A stretch of DNA of 64,000 nt from Phoronis australis (GCA_002633005.1 NMRA01000586.1:92068-156067), one strand, 5' to 3'; counted from the stretch's first letter, positions 24,945 to 39,700 are shown. The notes: generated from the sequence alone by a model not told the origin. Made by a program: numbers and translations.

Positions 24945-25350
24945 GGGCGCAGTTACTCAATTTCCTGAAGTATGTGCCCATACTGGGCATATAGGTCCAT
25001 ACTCAACAAAAGGGGCATGCTCCGAATTCTAAGTGTATAGGAAAGAAGCTATGTTAGTTGCAAGCATATAGGCGCATGTTCCTAATTTCAGGAGTACATG
25101 TATAGGCGTGTTCTTCTAACTACAAGCGTGTAGGCGCATACTCTCAATGCCAGACGCATTGCCACATGCTCTTAATTCCAAGCGTATAAGGTGCCTGCTC
25201 TCAATAGCATACACATAGGCATATTCTCCTAACACCAGGCGTATACATGCATACATGTCGGCGCATATTCTTAATTTCAGGCGTACAAGTATAAGCTCGT
25301 GCTTCTTTATACGCATGTAGGCGCTGTTGCACATACATGCGCGCACATAC
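24945..25350. repeat. Degenerate minisatellite, unit of about 29-30 bp
   Basis: About a dozen diverged copies of approximately ATAGGCGCATATTCTYAATTTCAGGCGTAT. Confidence 0.7.
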
Positions 25351-27823
25351 GGGACTGGTTTTTTATACATTCAAAGCAGTGGACTATAATTTAAGAACAT
25401 AATAATCGAAACACGTTTCCCGTTTTGCTTCCTATTATCGTTCGTGAAGAAGTGCTAATGATGTGTGTAGATATATCCTTCGTTATCTTTTGGCGAGCAC
25501 GCCGGCTTGCATGAATCCGGAATAACCTTAAGATAGCGTAGACTATGACCAGAAGAAACATAATTTTACAAACTCAAAAATGACCTGGAGTTTCGCCACA
25601 GTCGAAACAAAAGGTGGCAGGCACTGTCTCAATATTATTTGGGGAACTTGAAGCCGCCATGATACACGGCTGGTCTACAGTTTACCTTGACCTCATTACA
25701 GAGGAAGGTTTCAGCAACGATTTCAAGCTGGACTACAACACAAACACAAAAGGAACTATTACCAGATGATGAAACCCGCATTACAACTTGGCGGTCAGTT
25801 TGTGCCGACTGCTACAGTCTCAAACTTTCCCCGTACACGACTTTGGAATGGATCAGAAATAACCCAACACGCATGGTAGAGCTTTTGGCACATGAATGGA
25901 GAAGAGAATCGTTTACAACATTGAATTTCCTGAAATGCAATTTTTACTTACGTCGACATCTCATGAATATTCATGTTCCATACCTTGTATCTAATGCGAA
26001 CGAATGCACACACAGACAAGTACATGAAACACATTTATTCCGATCTACCGAGAGTTATCTTAAGTATAGGTCTTTCTTGTAAGGTCTCAGTATATTATGA
26101 AGAAAAACACCCGTACATTCAAAATATAGTCTAATTTAGGAATAGGTGAATTCTAATTACTTTCAACAAATTATCTCACGTGAAATCGTTTATATTTTCT
26201 AAACTTGTGCTGAATAGAAACTCTCACTTAAAACGTACCCCTATTCAAACTTACTTCGGAAAAGACCTATAGCAAGCCCCAAGACCTTGTGAAAAGTCGC
26301 CACGTTTTACCCGGCAGCGTGTTGTTTGTCGGGTAAAATGGCGGCTTGGAAACGAAGGTGTGTCGAGAATGCTGTGTTCTGATTGGTCAGTTAAGCCGCC
26401 ACTCAAAATCCGGGCGATAGGTCACTCAGAATTTCCGGAACAGATTCTTTTATTCAAGACAGTATTTCATCACGCTACTTGTTAAAAATAGGAAGCCGAG
26501 TTCATTTTCTGTTTTTCCATCTTAATACACAACTTCCCCTTATACAATCTTATATATCAGAGGTCCATGGTTTGCAGCCTAATTTGCCTGTGCTCAGAGT
26601 AGTGGTGTCGTGGTTTGAAGTTATACCAGTACTGTCAGTTTGCCTTCAGTAAATTTCTATGTAAATCATCTAATTGTTAAAGTTAATTAAAGGCGCAAAG
26701 AGAAAAAAGGGGGGAATCGTCATAGAATTGCAATTTGATAAGCAAACGCAAAATAAACACAACTATTTTCAGTTACAGACAGGATCACAAAACCACAGGT
26801 AATTTACACGGCCTGTCAGCCTGTGTTGTGAAAACCCCTTTGTCTTTCAACGACAACGCAAAACTTCACATGCGTTCATTCAACAAAGCAAGCGATACGA
26901 TTAGTTCTTATTTTGTATGATTTAACTTTCAGATCAAATTTTACACAAAAAGAAATAATGCTGGCGTTGCATATCACAGTTATAATTACCAAATACAAAT
27001 AAATTCACAGCATCATCAGTGGATTACAACATAATGGTCAATAAATACACCAACAATGCTACCCGCCCATCTCCTAAAACATTATCGGACGTTTAGCTCT
27101 GATGGTCTGTACACTGTATATCCAATAAGGGTCTTTTCAAGTTTGCAGTTCTTCACACCTTTCTGTGCGTTTTCCCGTCAGTTGATTTAGATTGACCTCC
27201 TCTAACGATGACGGATGCTCCGATAAAAAATCAAGGGTTAAAAGTCTATTATGCATTAATGGTTTTATGTTCCCTTCGTTTTCGCAATGAATATCGGAAA
27301 ACTGTTGTATCGTTTGCCTATACAAGAACGTGTCTTTCTGAGTGTACGAGAGAACGCTGAGAAAATAAGAATGTGCAGAAACCAGTGTAGTGTTTTAAAA
27401 CATCATTTGTTCAAAAGATTTTTTTCAACAAACAGACAACCGTATACTAATATGAAACCATTAGATCAATTGTGCAACACTACCTAGCCAACAAATTGAA
27501 CTGTTACCTGTTATTCCTGCTAGAACGGAACATAACCTTATCTTAGTTGTAGTCTGGGAAGTGCGCAGCCAAACCAAGTCGTGTAAAAATGGTAGGCGGG
27601 ATTATATGCGCGTACCTGTACCTACGGCAAGGTACACTGTATGTGCCTGTGCAGAGGATACTCACCTGCGCTGGTAAGCGAAACACTCAAGTAAACAGTC
27701 ATTAAAAGTGCATGATTTCGGACACAGATTTGAAGGCTTAAATATGCGCATGTACAGTAACTACCGATATATGTACCGTGTGATTTGCCCGGTTAGTTCG
27801 CGTGTGTGCGCACTTTATGGGCA

Positions 27824-28255
27824 GCCTCCTCCTCAAGCCTCAAGATGGCGCTGATCGGTTTAGCCATTTGAGGCTTGGTTATGGGAAATGAAATGTGGCC
27901 GAATTCTGTTGTTACATCAACTTTGAAATTTTCCGCAGTATTATATAACGATGCAAACTAACGGTATAATGTAGCAATTCAGGTCTAAATCGTTGCAAAA
28001 TGATGTACTTGATTCGAAAACAGTTTTATCAATAAAAAGAATTGAAAGTAAGTACGCCAACAACCTTTATTTCAAACAATAACCAAAACAATGCTTCATG
28101 AATGGCAGCAACAACGCCTGTAAAATACCTGAACAACTCTGCCTTTGTTTTAATGACGTCAAGGCAACTGCTAATCATTGCTCAGAAAGTAATTACCATA
28201 ACCAAGCCCCAAATGGCTAAACCGGTCAGCGCCATCTTGAGGATTGGGACGAGGC
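27824..28255 (+). mobile_element. MITE family C (about 430 bp, TIRs of about 60-70 bp)
   Basis: CCTCAAGATGGCGCTGATCGGTTTAGCCATTTGAGGCTTGGTTATGG inverted at both ends; second copy at about 39254-39725 in reverse orientation. Confidence 0.82.
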
Positions 28256-30657
28256 CCTTTGAGGCATTTAAATGAACCGATCAGTGCCATCTTGATGTGT
28301 TGCTGTTGTAACTGTTATCGTTACTGAGGATGCAAACAGACAAATATGAAATTTTTTCTAGTGCCTGATCCCGACCTAAAGTCCTTGTTTCCACTATGTC
28401 TCAAGACACCTGATAAATGTATAACTTATAGCTATCTAAAGGGTGTAGAAATTCAACCATGTCTCTTTGCCGTGCTACGTCCAGCGCGGGAGAGATTGTG
28501 ATGCCAAACTGACTAGAAATTGCAATTTCATTATTTTCTTCTCAAAATTTCAAATTCATCACTGCCCCGGTCCCAGAGTGAAGACAAGAATTCCGATTCA
28601 CTGGATTTTTTCCAAATCCTGCAGGTATCTGTGTTTGTGTTATCAGTAAAAATCACGCTCAAGGTGAGGAAGTGTTCTGAAAATGGCGGTTCTTCCAGAT
28701 TTGGGTAAACAGAGCGGTGGACAAGTTTCTGGGTTTTATTTACTTAAAACAATATCACGGAAATACTGAATAACATTCGTGACCGCAATCATTTCCCATA
28801 TCAATTGTTTAGAAGCTTGGTCGTCTCGAGCGGTGTCACAAATCACGAATTTGTGAGGAATGTGCTGGTCATTACTTTTGCATTTCGACGCAGCACTGAA
28901 AAAGTGGGGGCTATAGCCCCCCAACCCCCATTTGGTGTCCCCCCCCACAGACCATGGACGGCACAGCATTGAAATAAGTGAGTGGCTCCAGCCCCATATG
29001 GTGCGCGCCCGTGGTTTATACTCGCTGTGGTTATCGCGTGTCGTGAAGGCATTTCTCAATAGGTGGAGCAGTATAGTGATGCACTGATGTACGTCTTCCA
29101 TTCCGAGTCTGCGAATGTTACATGCATTTCCCAGCCAATGGGAAGTTTCGAGCGCTACTCCGATGTGTGAGATGCAATGTTACATGATATGTGTTGCCCT
29201 TGCAACATTGGAGAAAAAAAAACAACTGAATTGATACAATCCATACGTGTTGGTGTTTTGTGACTAACTCTAGAGTCAAGATGTCAATTAAAACAACTTT
29301 TCGGCAGCCCCATTCCCGAACCATGCCTTTACAACAAACCTCCAAACTGCGGCGGCTTTCCCACTGTTGCCTACAGACATGCGTTTCGGTATCATAAGTT
29401 CCCACCGACAGTTTCCACCAGATGGCAGTCTATTTCAACAGCCAGTTTATTCCATCTTAAAATGGACGGGAGGGCAACAAAAAGTTAGAGGACTGTTGGC
29501 TATTTAATCGATTTCCCCCGGACCACACTGCAATGTTCTGAATATTAAGGACAGAAACTCAATATAAAGTGTGTACCGTCTTTAAACCGTTTAAGTCTGG
29601 TTGAATCGAAGGTTTACTACAATATTTTATTGAAAAATGCCGGGAACATGAAAGTTTTCCAAGATCCCTATCTTCAAGACTTGTTTTTCGAAACAGTGAT
29701 ATATCATAATATTGCTTGTATAGATGGAAAGAAAATGAAGATTTTAATAAATCTGAGTCCTAGTTTTCCAAAATGGGTCCAGCTTTTCGCTTCCGACATT
29801 CAACTCCTTCATATTTCAAGCTTACTCTTTCACAGCGCCATCTGTAGAAGGGTGGCACTGCGCATCGATGATGCTTTTGACGTACAGAATTCCATGCGTG
29901 GGCCTCAGCGTGCATGCCCTAGTTTGGACATTTTTGCTAGAGTTCAGGGGATAAGCGTTAGAAGTATTTGCGAACCGTTCTGTTGTTTTAGTTGATTAAT
30001 TGTTATCGTAAGTGGGTAAAAAAAAATTTAAGGATTACAATCGGTTTAGTTTGTCGTTGCAGAAGCCGCAAGTCACAAAAGTATTTGTCAACTTTCAGCC
30101 AATCGGAATGTTTGAAGGAATACTTTTCTACCTATCCGGATCTTGGCCGCTCTTTTAACGAACATGAAGCCAGGTTCGTCATTGTTTTCCCAGTGCTACA
30201 GCTCGATCGTATATTAGTGTAAAAGTGTTTAGTTTCCATGTAGAACATTGCGGCATTTTCCATTTCATCATAAAAACGTTATATTATAGAAAACACTTCT
30301 TTTTAAAATCTTCAATAGTCGCAATATTCATCACCCGGCAAACATGCCGCAGGAGGGAAACCTTGAGTAACAATCTCCGAGTCCTGTTTTATTGCCCCTG
30401 TCGCGGAGGGTATCCAAGTATTGAAGGGAAGACCTCCGCGTCTGCGCGACCGCTCTCACATTCCGTCGAGTGGGGTCCGCGCATCACACTTTTATGAGGA
30501 CAAGTGATCTTCGTTTCGCATGCAGAAGAAGCATGCGCCGCAGTACGGTGTGAGATTGCTGTATCACTGCCCAGGGGCCTCTTTCTTGACTTGTGGAGTA
30601 AATAGAAATTGAACTATAGTCTTCTCGGAAGAAAATTTCGCGTATAAAGCGATTGGA

Positions 30658-30732
30658 ATGAGAACTTTTATAAAGTTTTACACTGTTGGAGCCATTCTTT
30701 TGGCGGAGTTACTAAGCAACGCATTCACTCAG
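30658..30732 (+). CDS. ADAMTSL2: ADAMTSL2 exon 1 (signal peptide)
   Basis: ATG to CAG|gtgagt encodes MRTFIKFYTVGAILLAELLSNAFTQ (basic N-terminus, hydrophobic core); phase 0 matches the next exon; assignment is inferred. Confidence 0.7.
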
Positions 30733-33700
30733 GTGAGTTTAAAATTTTATTTTTTTTCCGAAAGCGGAAATTATTTTTCCAGGGGTTACATCAGCTGCTT
30801 GGGAGCATCACAATGAAGTGATGCTAAAAAGGATTGAAGAAAGTTATATTGTAAAAATATCTTTCAAGTGTGTCCGCAATATTTTAATGGAGCGAAATGG
30901 AGATGTAAATATATATATAAAATACCCTTTGATTTGCCGTCAATCGCCAACGTATTTCTGCAAACCCATGTCTGTTCTTTACTTGAGTTTTAAAATCGGG
31001 CTCACGTCTACGTTTTTGCGAATTTTTAAAACCTAACTACATCGATTAATCCGCGTTTCGGTAAATTGCTGATGGAAATTGCTAAGTGCGAATCGGAATC
31101 TAAGATGTCCGAAGAAACAGCTGATAATTTTCGATTAATTGGTAAGCATGAATTGCGCCTCGTGGCAAACCACGCCACAAACTCCCATGAAATTTGCAAC
31201 CACGAATCTCCGATCTTTACATTCCCGCAATATTCACATTTCCTCTCATGTAACGGCAGTTTAATCACCGCGGTGAAGACGAAACCGCTAACTTTTGTTA
31301 ACAAGTAGTCTACAGTTGTTCTGTGAACTTTTCCTTTTAACAGAAAACTGCCAAAGAATGGAATAAAACGCTGCAAATGCGTGAAGAGTGTGGTTGGAGT
31401 ACTAAAGGTTGCCAAGATTTTCTTTAATGACTCATACACTGGTCATAGTGGGTATTAGCGGGAACCGGCCCCTCTCACTGTGTAGGCCCTCAAACAACTT
31501 TCCATGCCTTTCTACACTGACTTAGCATACTTGGTGTAGGAAACAGGGCAGGAAAATGGGGAATCTTTTCACGTTTACGCTTGAAGTAGGAATTTGTTTA
31601 TCCGCTGATGACGGAACCTCACTTTTGCAGAAACTATTAAGTCTCATAATCTACCCACTATCTTAGCACATTCCCCTTTACACGTCTGCCAACTGTATCA
31701 CCATGTGGTCTGCACCACTAGACTTTTGTTTTTTCACGGCACGCACTCTTCCTCTTGGCGTGAATTGAAAACACTGAGACAACCCACGTGGTCTCTGGTT
31801 GAGCCACAGTCGCAGGTTAAACCTGAATTTGCTTCTCATTAACCGAAGAATTAGTGTTGTTCTGTGTGGCCAGTTCTGAACCTCAAGTGATAACATAGTT
31901 TAATTATATAGTCTTATAACTTTTGCTTTAATTATTATAATTATCCTCACTGCCATGCAGACTGCTAATTTCGTCATGATGGCGTTTTTTGTAGATTATT
32001 TTTATTTCCAACGAAAATGTGCAAAAAAATTTCCTTAAAACCACAGCTTCAAAAATTGCCCCTACGTGTATTTGCCGTTGCAATTTCAATATTACGCCCA
32101 TCACAGGATCCGTTTGCAACGATGCCACGCAAATATGTGAAAAGGTACGAATCAATATTCCACCGACAACTCACTGGTACAAGCAGGTACCCTCAATAAC
32201 ATTGATTATTGTTTTATGTTTTTCGTGTCATTATTCTCTTTGTCTATACTGCTATTTTTATCATATACGAAGCAGGACAAGGTAGTAAGGCATGTCTTAT
32301 ATTTTGCTAAAAGACAAAGTGTTGAGGGTTATTAATTATTCCTTTCACCCAAGTTACAGGAAATTCCGGTTTAATTTGTGTTTTGTTCAAAACTTTGTCA
32401 ATTGAGTACGTGAGCACGCGAAGGCAGCCCGAAGTTAGGGAGGATGCATCCATCATGTTACATGTAACTGATGCGCACGCATTTAACAGATTTCGCGGGT
32501 TTGGTATTTTCTGTATGGTTTTGAGCGCAAGTGAACCACAGAACCATTTCTGGTATAACGTTAAGCGGTCAGCTAGAAACGATCATTAAATTAATAGATG
32601 TTGCTCAGATTATGAGAAAGAAATGATTCAATACACGGCTAGCCATTATCGGGTAATGTAATTTCGTTATTGTCCACAGTCGGTAGAAACGTGCCGAACG
32701 CCCGGGGCATGTTTGTCGAAGGGTCTTTTGGCTTTTGTATTTTAATTTCCGCCTAGAAATCAGTATACGGATTGCTTAGTCGGTTTCACGAAAACAGATC
32801 AAGGCTGAAAGTCATAAAATTTGTCTGCAACTCTAAGGAAGAAGACAAAAATCCGGAATCTGTTCGACTAGGCTGGAGACAAAGTCTTTTAGTTATTCGT
32901 AGTCGGGTTTCTGACATCTGGCTACTTCGACAAGTTTAAGTCTCTTCGAAAAAAGGCTTTGGTATTGATATTGTCAAACAGTTGCTACAAAAAAAATAAT
33001 TTAACTATTAAAACATTATTCGAGCACTAACTTTATTTATTCTTTATCAAGGTAATCCCCGACTGTTCGCCATTGACTCATCAAAAGGGTTATTACACCT
33101 TGGTTGGCGAGCACATATTTCAGACACTCCCATTGTCTTGAGTGCCGGCAAATGTGTGACCCCGGAAGTTCCTAAACATAACTAGCTCAATAATTTGAGA
33201 TCAACATCTTCTTCTTCTCCTTCTTCTTCTTCTTTTTCTTCTTCCAGTTTTCAACAAACGATCGAAATACCGATCCTTATTTGTTGGCGCATGTTAGTGA
33301 TAAACTGAACTGTGCATAACTGTGAAAATAGCAAAAAGAACAAAGTGCGTGTTAATGGCAGGATGAAAAAAGGTTTTTTTGTTTACTGAGTTAGATTGAT
33401 GTTCGAGATGTGACTCGTGAACATCTCTATTGCTTCTAATGAGATGCCATGAAGTCTATTCCAGAGCAAAATAGTAGAAAAAGTTTGCGTAGTATGCAGT
33501 TCGAAAGTGTGTTCTCTCAAAGGTATTACATTGGGAGTCACGTGATCTAGAAATATAAAGGGGTGGAAGATATGTATGGGGGATGTCAACCAGGTTGTGT
33601 GCAGTCGTCGTGTACATGAGGGACAGTTTATGTTGAGCACGTCTTTCCTGGGCCATTTGACGAAACAGCTCGAGTATCTGGATTGACACTAGTCACAGTG

Positions 33701-36700
33701 ATCGTTAGGTAACACGTGACAGGCCCGCATTCTTTCTTACAGCTACTAAAAAGCATTTCATCATTTATTTTGTCCAGCCAACGTTTCAAGTTTCCAGAAT
33801 GGACGAGTTTTGGTTATTGTTATCCGGGATCTCGTTTTCTTTTTGCTATTAAAAATTGCATCATTGAGTCGCCCGCGGACTATCTTCGTTGCATACATGC
33901 CGTACCGTTCGTTTGTACGTTGCTGGCAAGCAGGCAGACGCGTGCTTATTCCATGACGACATCTATACAAGGAGAAAGAACCAAGTTAGAATAGAATGGA
34001 AATTAACAAAACCCTGGTACTGAGAGCCGCACACTGGTGTTCTCATATGCTCCCACCACCTCAGTGGCATCTGTTGTCCGCCATGTGGGATTGTAAACAC
34101 TGGATCAACAGTTAGCGCCTTGTGGTGTTTTCTTATCTCTTGTTTTGAAGACCCGGTGAACAAGTAGTGCACACCATCTGAACCGAGCCATTGTCAGGAT
34201 GCTCTGACCTCAAATTAGGGCGAGTAAACGATGTTTACTTCGAACTAACAAATCCACTAGCAAAGCTAGCTGCTGAAAACCGTGAATCTGTAATGCACGC
34301 ATGAAAGACATCTAACTGGGCCTCCTGGTCATATTAATTCGGGAGGTTTGGTTCTAGATTTTAGATATTTGTTTGTACCCCAGATCAACAATAAAAAGAC
34401 ATGCGAACTATTGTGTTGTCAGCGGTTAGAAAATTACATTTCGATTACAATGCTACATTTCCGCTGCTGGTCTTCCGATTCCGGTTTTCTTAGCAAGTCT
34501 AACATAATTTTACGTCAACCAGATTGAACCGAAATAAATCGGCACCGAACAACGACCGGTCGAGCACCGTTGCCTTTGAGCGTAGTTCTTTTGAGAAGGC
34601 ACTTCTTGCTCAGAAACATTACGGCTCAAGTATGAACTGACATATCACCCAGATCCAGAACATCTAGAGTAACGATTTCCGTACCAGAACTCCCATGCAC
34701 GGATAACTTTAGTCCGTGCGAGGGGGGATTTTTTAGGCTACAAAAATACCCCATGTGTTCCAGATTAGTGATGTATGTTCATTTTACACTGTTCGTGTCC
34801 CAGGGGTTCCGTCGTCTCCGTATTACACATGCTGTGTGAAATCTAGGGGTTCCTAGCTGTAATGTAGACCTCAGTCTCGGCACGTTTCTGTGCCCTGCGA
34901 TTGGACGCTGTGTACTCAGTTGGAGGCGATTAACCCCGAAAACAGTGGACAGACCAATACGACGCGGTGCATGCTCAACACCCTGTGGTCGGGACAAAGC
35001 AGTCAGTTGTAGTGGGCTGTGATAACATAGCGAGCGCAGAGGCCAAGACGGGGTTAATTAGCTAGTCATTTCAACGTCAGTTATCTCAGTTGTCTGTACA
35101 AAGCAATTCTCTAAGCCCCGTGCAACGCTATCTTTGAAAACCACAGCTATTTAAGTTCATGTTTTAGAATCCTTCGTTTGGGTTGATTAACCACAACTAA
35201 CTCGGTTTACTCCAGTTAGCAATCTCGACTTGACCTCGTAAGTAATGCTACCGTAGGGCACGTGGGACATGATTCCAGCTACTTCCATTAATGACGTCAC
35301 GGAGGGGTGTGAATACAGTGGGTGCGGATTTACCAACCCCATGTCGGCCATATCACTTGCGGTGCTGGATTGGGTGGGAAATATTATGCTTGTCCGTTCT
35401 AAGGCCCCTTCTGGTCAAGGCATTCCGCCGCAATCTTGACCATTATAATTGAATTTCTAATGTAATTTTTTGCTGTGAAGAAAAGGAAATTCCATAGTGA
35501 TTAAGATTGCCTTTACAACTTTTCAGTATATGAAAGTCCAGGACACGACGAATGTTGTCTGATGACTTTAGTTCGTACTTGCATGCTAAACTATCTGTAA
35601 GTCGATCGCCTTCCACGACATATGTGTGGCTCACAGGACACATCACAGCAATTAACACCTAGTGACCGCAATTAACCCATTAACTCTGCGTTAATGAGAA
35701 CGAGTCTATTGGCCTAGATTATGGCGGAATGTTTTCCAGTCCGAATTAATTAGCAAAACTCTACTTTTCTTTAGTAATACTTGAGATTACATTTTTGTAG
35801 AGATTGGTCCTGTTTCTTCACATGATGAATTACCCGCTGTCTGCCTAAACAGAAGAACCGTCGATTGTTGCAATTCAAACAATAACCAATAATTATACTT
35901 CGTGATTCGAGTACAAATTCTCTTTTATACACTGTAAGCATGTGCATTTGGTCAATGTGGGTCACTTTTCGACTACAACCCGCAAACGCTTTTTGACGAA
36001 CGCGTTTAAGGGTCTAATAAGCGAGGGTATAGGGGACTGTTTAAGTACGCTGTAGCCGTTTATGTTTTTTCGACAGAATCTTAACGAAGCACGCCCCAAA
36101 ACTTACGACTGGTCCGAAGTCTCAATTTGAAAACGGCATAAAGTTGAATTAGGGAAACTGCAACCTGAATTGTCTCCCCTATGTCAACCATGGTTTTTCA
36201 TGCCAGGTTAAAGAGACCCTGCCCCGCCGAAAGGAGTAAATTTTGTTCACTTCAGTTGGTCGTCGAATTGAAGCGAATTGGTGATTTATCTTAATTCTTG
36301 CCTTCACGTTCACGTGTATTCCCAACGTGTTTCAATCTATCTCGTCGTAAGTGCGAAAAAAATGTGATTTACTTCGTCGTCAGTGGTTCACAACCCCTGG
36401 ATATGTATTGCGCCTGCAGTGTGAGAACCTGATAAACGATGGCACTGTGAATTCCAAAGAAAGACGGCCACGATTGCCGCAGGGTGTTACGTAATGGGCA
36501 GGCGTTACTTATCTTAGATCAAGCGGAACATCAGATTTCCTTTGCATCATTAAAAATGACTTAAATAAATGAATCGATGCACGTGACAGCGAAACTTAAT
36601 GATGGCTTCGCTAAAACCGTGCCATGTGTTCAGTATATAAACCACATTCGTACTTAGTTCATCATCAACACGGCATTCTTGCGAGGGTCTCGGAGAAAAA

Positions 36701-39700
36701 CTTAGAACTCCTTTCACTGGGACTCTTATCTTCAATCCTCCCATAATGCTCTCCTGTTTGTCATGGATTGCTTGCCACAATCGGATTTATCCGAGTTGAC
36801 GTATGTACGTTTGATTTAAGCACCCAATACTTATTGTGTAGGGTTACGGCTGTCAACATGCCCGGCAGGATTAGTAAGTTTTACACACCGACAGTTTCAT
36901 TATGTGTCTAAGATAGTATTTACTCTCACTGGGTAGCGCGTTGCAATGCCGGGATATTTGACACTGTCCAAATTCAGCGTATTTGTGGCGCTTGGTTGCG
37001 AGTAATTGATTCACACTCAGCTGGAAATGGGAATACTCGGCATTAGCTTGTGATACCTTTAGAACTGGAATACGGTTGACAATTTGATGCTATTAATGGT
37101 TTTAGTTCTCAACCCTTAATGATGTTTTGGATACATTAAACGTGTAGTAGGTTAATCCGCATTCCGTCAAAAGCTAACTATTGACTTAGATTAGTTAACT
37201 GTTTTTACCCGTCCGGCTCAGATTAGGACCCCTGTCACTCTAAACGAGTTCTCATAACATCTGGTTCCGCCCTTACGTAGTGATTAGACGGGCCGTGACG
37301 GGCGGACGGACACGGCTAGGCAACTTGGCCAAAAAGGAGTCTGGGAATGCGACACCGTCAGCGGGGTTTACTCTGCACAGGGCGTGGTGGTCCAGTCGAT
37401 CTTTTTTCTCGTTTCCAAGACGGCGTGTATGTGCTAGAAGTTGAGACTCGTCGCAGCAAAATCGTTCTCAGATTATCCGAGTCTGTCCTGAAATATGGTT
37501 GAAAGAAGAAGGGCGCATGCCTTTGGCCAAAACTAAACTCGGGACACCGTTCAAAGTGTAAAGTGTCCTACATTTATTCGGTTGGCTCTCAGTTTTAGCA
37601 GACTCGAGAACATAATGAGAACACGATATTCAGAATTAAGTCTCTTGGTTGATATATTAAGTCGACCTGGCCAGGGCCTGCCCGGTGATCTCGTTTGAAC
37701 TGAATGACAGTAGATAAAACAAATCCGCAATTGTCTATAGCACATGTAAACCACCATTGCTGGAGCACATTTCGGGCATGTACATGTATCTTGCACTGCT
37801 CTCCCTATGCGGGTTAGATAGGACTTCAGACTTAATGTAAATTCAGCGACGATTTTGTTATTTTTGTGAGTCTGTAACTGATTCCGACAAACTTGCGTGA
37901 TGTATGTAATATATGCCGCGTGCTATAATTTATAGTCCGAGCATACGTTATTTCTCCTGCTAGCGGACCATAGTTTGCTTTTTCATCAATAAAAATGATA
38001 GCTTCTTGTTCAGCCATTATAAAAACTTCTCTCGTTTCCTGTCATCTCGCACCGAGTGGTTGCTAGGATCACTGATTACCTGGGGCTTATCTTTCGCGGT
38101 GTTCCATTTTTTGACTATTTCTCCGGCGGCGTCGCCTCCCATACGCTCGAAAGTTTTGCTATGAATGAAAAAGATATCTTTACCTTAAAGGTCCCTCACA
38201 CGACAACGAAAATTTACGAATTGCAAAAAAACTTCATACGCTCTTATCTCTGTCATGACCCCAAGGTATGCTGGGTGGAGGGAACTACCAATAACAACGA
38301 ATTCAAAGCAACAATAAAAAATTCCCTTTCGTCCACTAACTTCGTCATACTATGACGTCATACTATGGTATTGTATGGCGCGCCTTGCGTCATGAACGAG
38401 TTAACCGTATAGTGAAACAACGCTTTAGTGAATGCTGGGAGAAGTAACACTCGTGCGACAGAATAGAAAGAATTCTGTGGTCGCCAAAACAAACCTTGGT
38501 ATATTTATTTAATATTCTCAATAACTATGTTATTAAACTTACTAGGAAGCATTTCTGTTATGCCCTTATATTCTAGCTGCCCCTCCAGCACATTTGGGGT
38601 CCGTGGGGTCGACCCTCACCCTGCAGCCGGACATGCGGAAGGGGCGTTTCACAGACGACAAGGTCGTGCTACAGGCGAATGTAAGTACAACTTGACCAGG
38701 TTGTCATGAAGTACCGTTGCTCTGAACTCTTTGTTTTTACACGAAATGAGCCTAGTAATTTGTTGCTCATGAATTTTTTGGGATAACTAGAAATCAATCT
38801 ATACTAAGTCATTGTTCATTCCGTAATATGTGTCAACCTTCTTTTAGGAACAGTGGGCTGTACGAAGTGTCCCCGCGGTTCTGTGGTGCAGAATTTATAA
38901 GTTATTCCATTTGTAACCATGAGGTAAGGCTTGAAATGTGTCAATAAAACTTTGGTGACAGTTAGCGACCAGTGATGTTTGTTGTCGTCATCGAGTTCTT
39001 TAGTACCCGCCCTCGCTTTCCTCCCTAAACGCGTCTGTGCTAAGAGAAACAGAACATAAGGCTAGTCACGTAGGTTCGTCATGTTGAATTTTGAACTGTA
39101 GCTTAATCTTGTGGGGATGTTTACCTTAATTCTGACAACACTCGGGTCAGAGAGTTCAGTAACGCTAAGACCTACGCTAAAAGCAAGACTCCGCGAGATT
39201 ACGTGAGATATCGCCGTGTCGTGATTTTGGCTAGATTTTTCCAGCCTCAATCGGTCCCAAGTCTCAAGATCGCGCTGATCAGTTTAGCCATTTGAGGCTT
39301 GATTATGGGAAATACCTTCTGCGCAATGATTGGCCGCTGCCTTGACGTCATTAAAACAAAGGCAGATTTTAATTATTTTCACAGGCATTGTTGCTGCCAT
39401 TTATGAAGAAGAAGGCATCGTTTTGGTTATTGTTTGAAATAAAGGATGTTGGCGTGCTTATTTTCATTTTTTTATTAGTAGTATCATAGAAATTAATTTG
39501 TTTTCGAATCAAAATGCATAATTTTTGCAATAATTTAGACCTAAATTGCTGCAATATACCGTTAGTTTTCATTTTTATATTATACTCTAGAAAATTTCAA
39601 ATTTGATGTAATTTCACATTACTCGTGGTGTTCCGCCGATTTCGGTAAAAATGTGTCAGATTTCTGACACATAACCTAGCCTCAAATGGCTACGCCGATC

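Noticed and set aside
24945-25350. Repeats of about 30 bp as a possible CRISPR array
   Set aside because: Units are adjacent and degenerate with no unique spacers, there are no cas genes, and the context is eukaryotic.
11800-30300. An additional gene in the long intergenic region (for example COQ4, head-to-head with TRUB2 in human)
   Set aside because: I recognised no exon chain or protein motif on either strand; small or divergent exons cannot be excluded without a search.
30643-30648. TATAAA as the ADAMTSL2 TATA box
   Set aside because: It starts only 15 nt upstream of the likely ATG, so transcription from it would begin inside the coding sequence.
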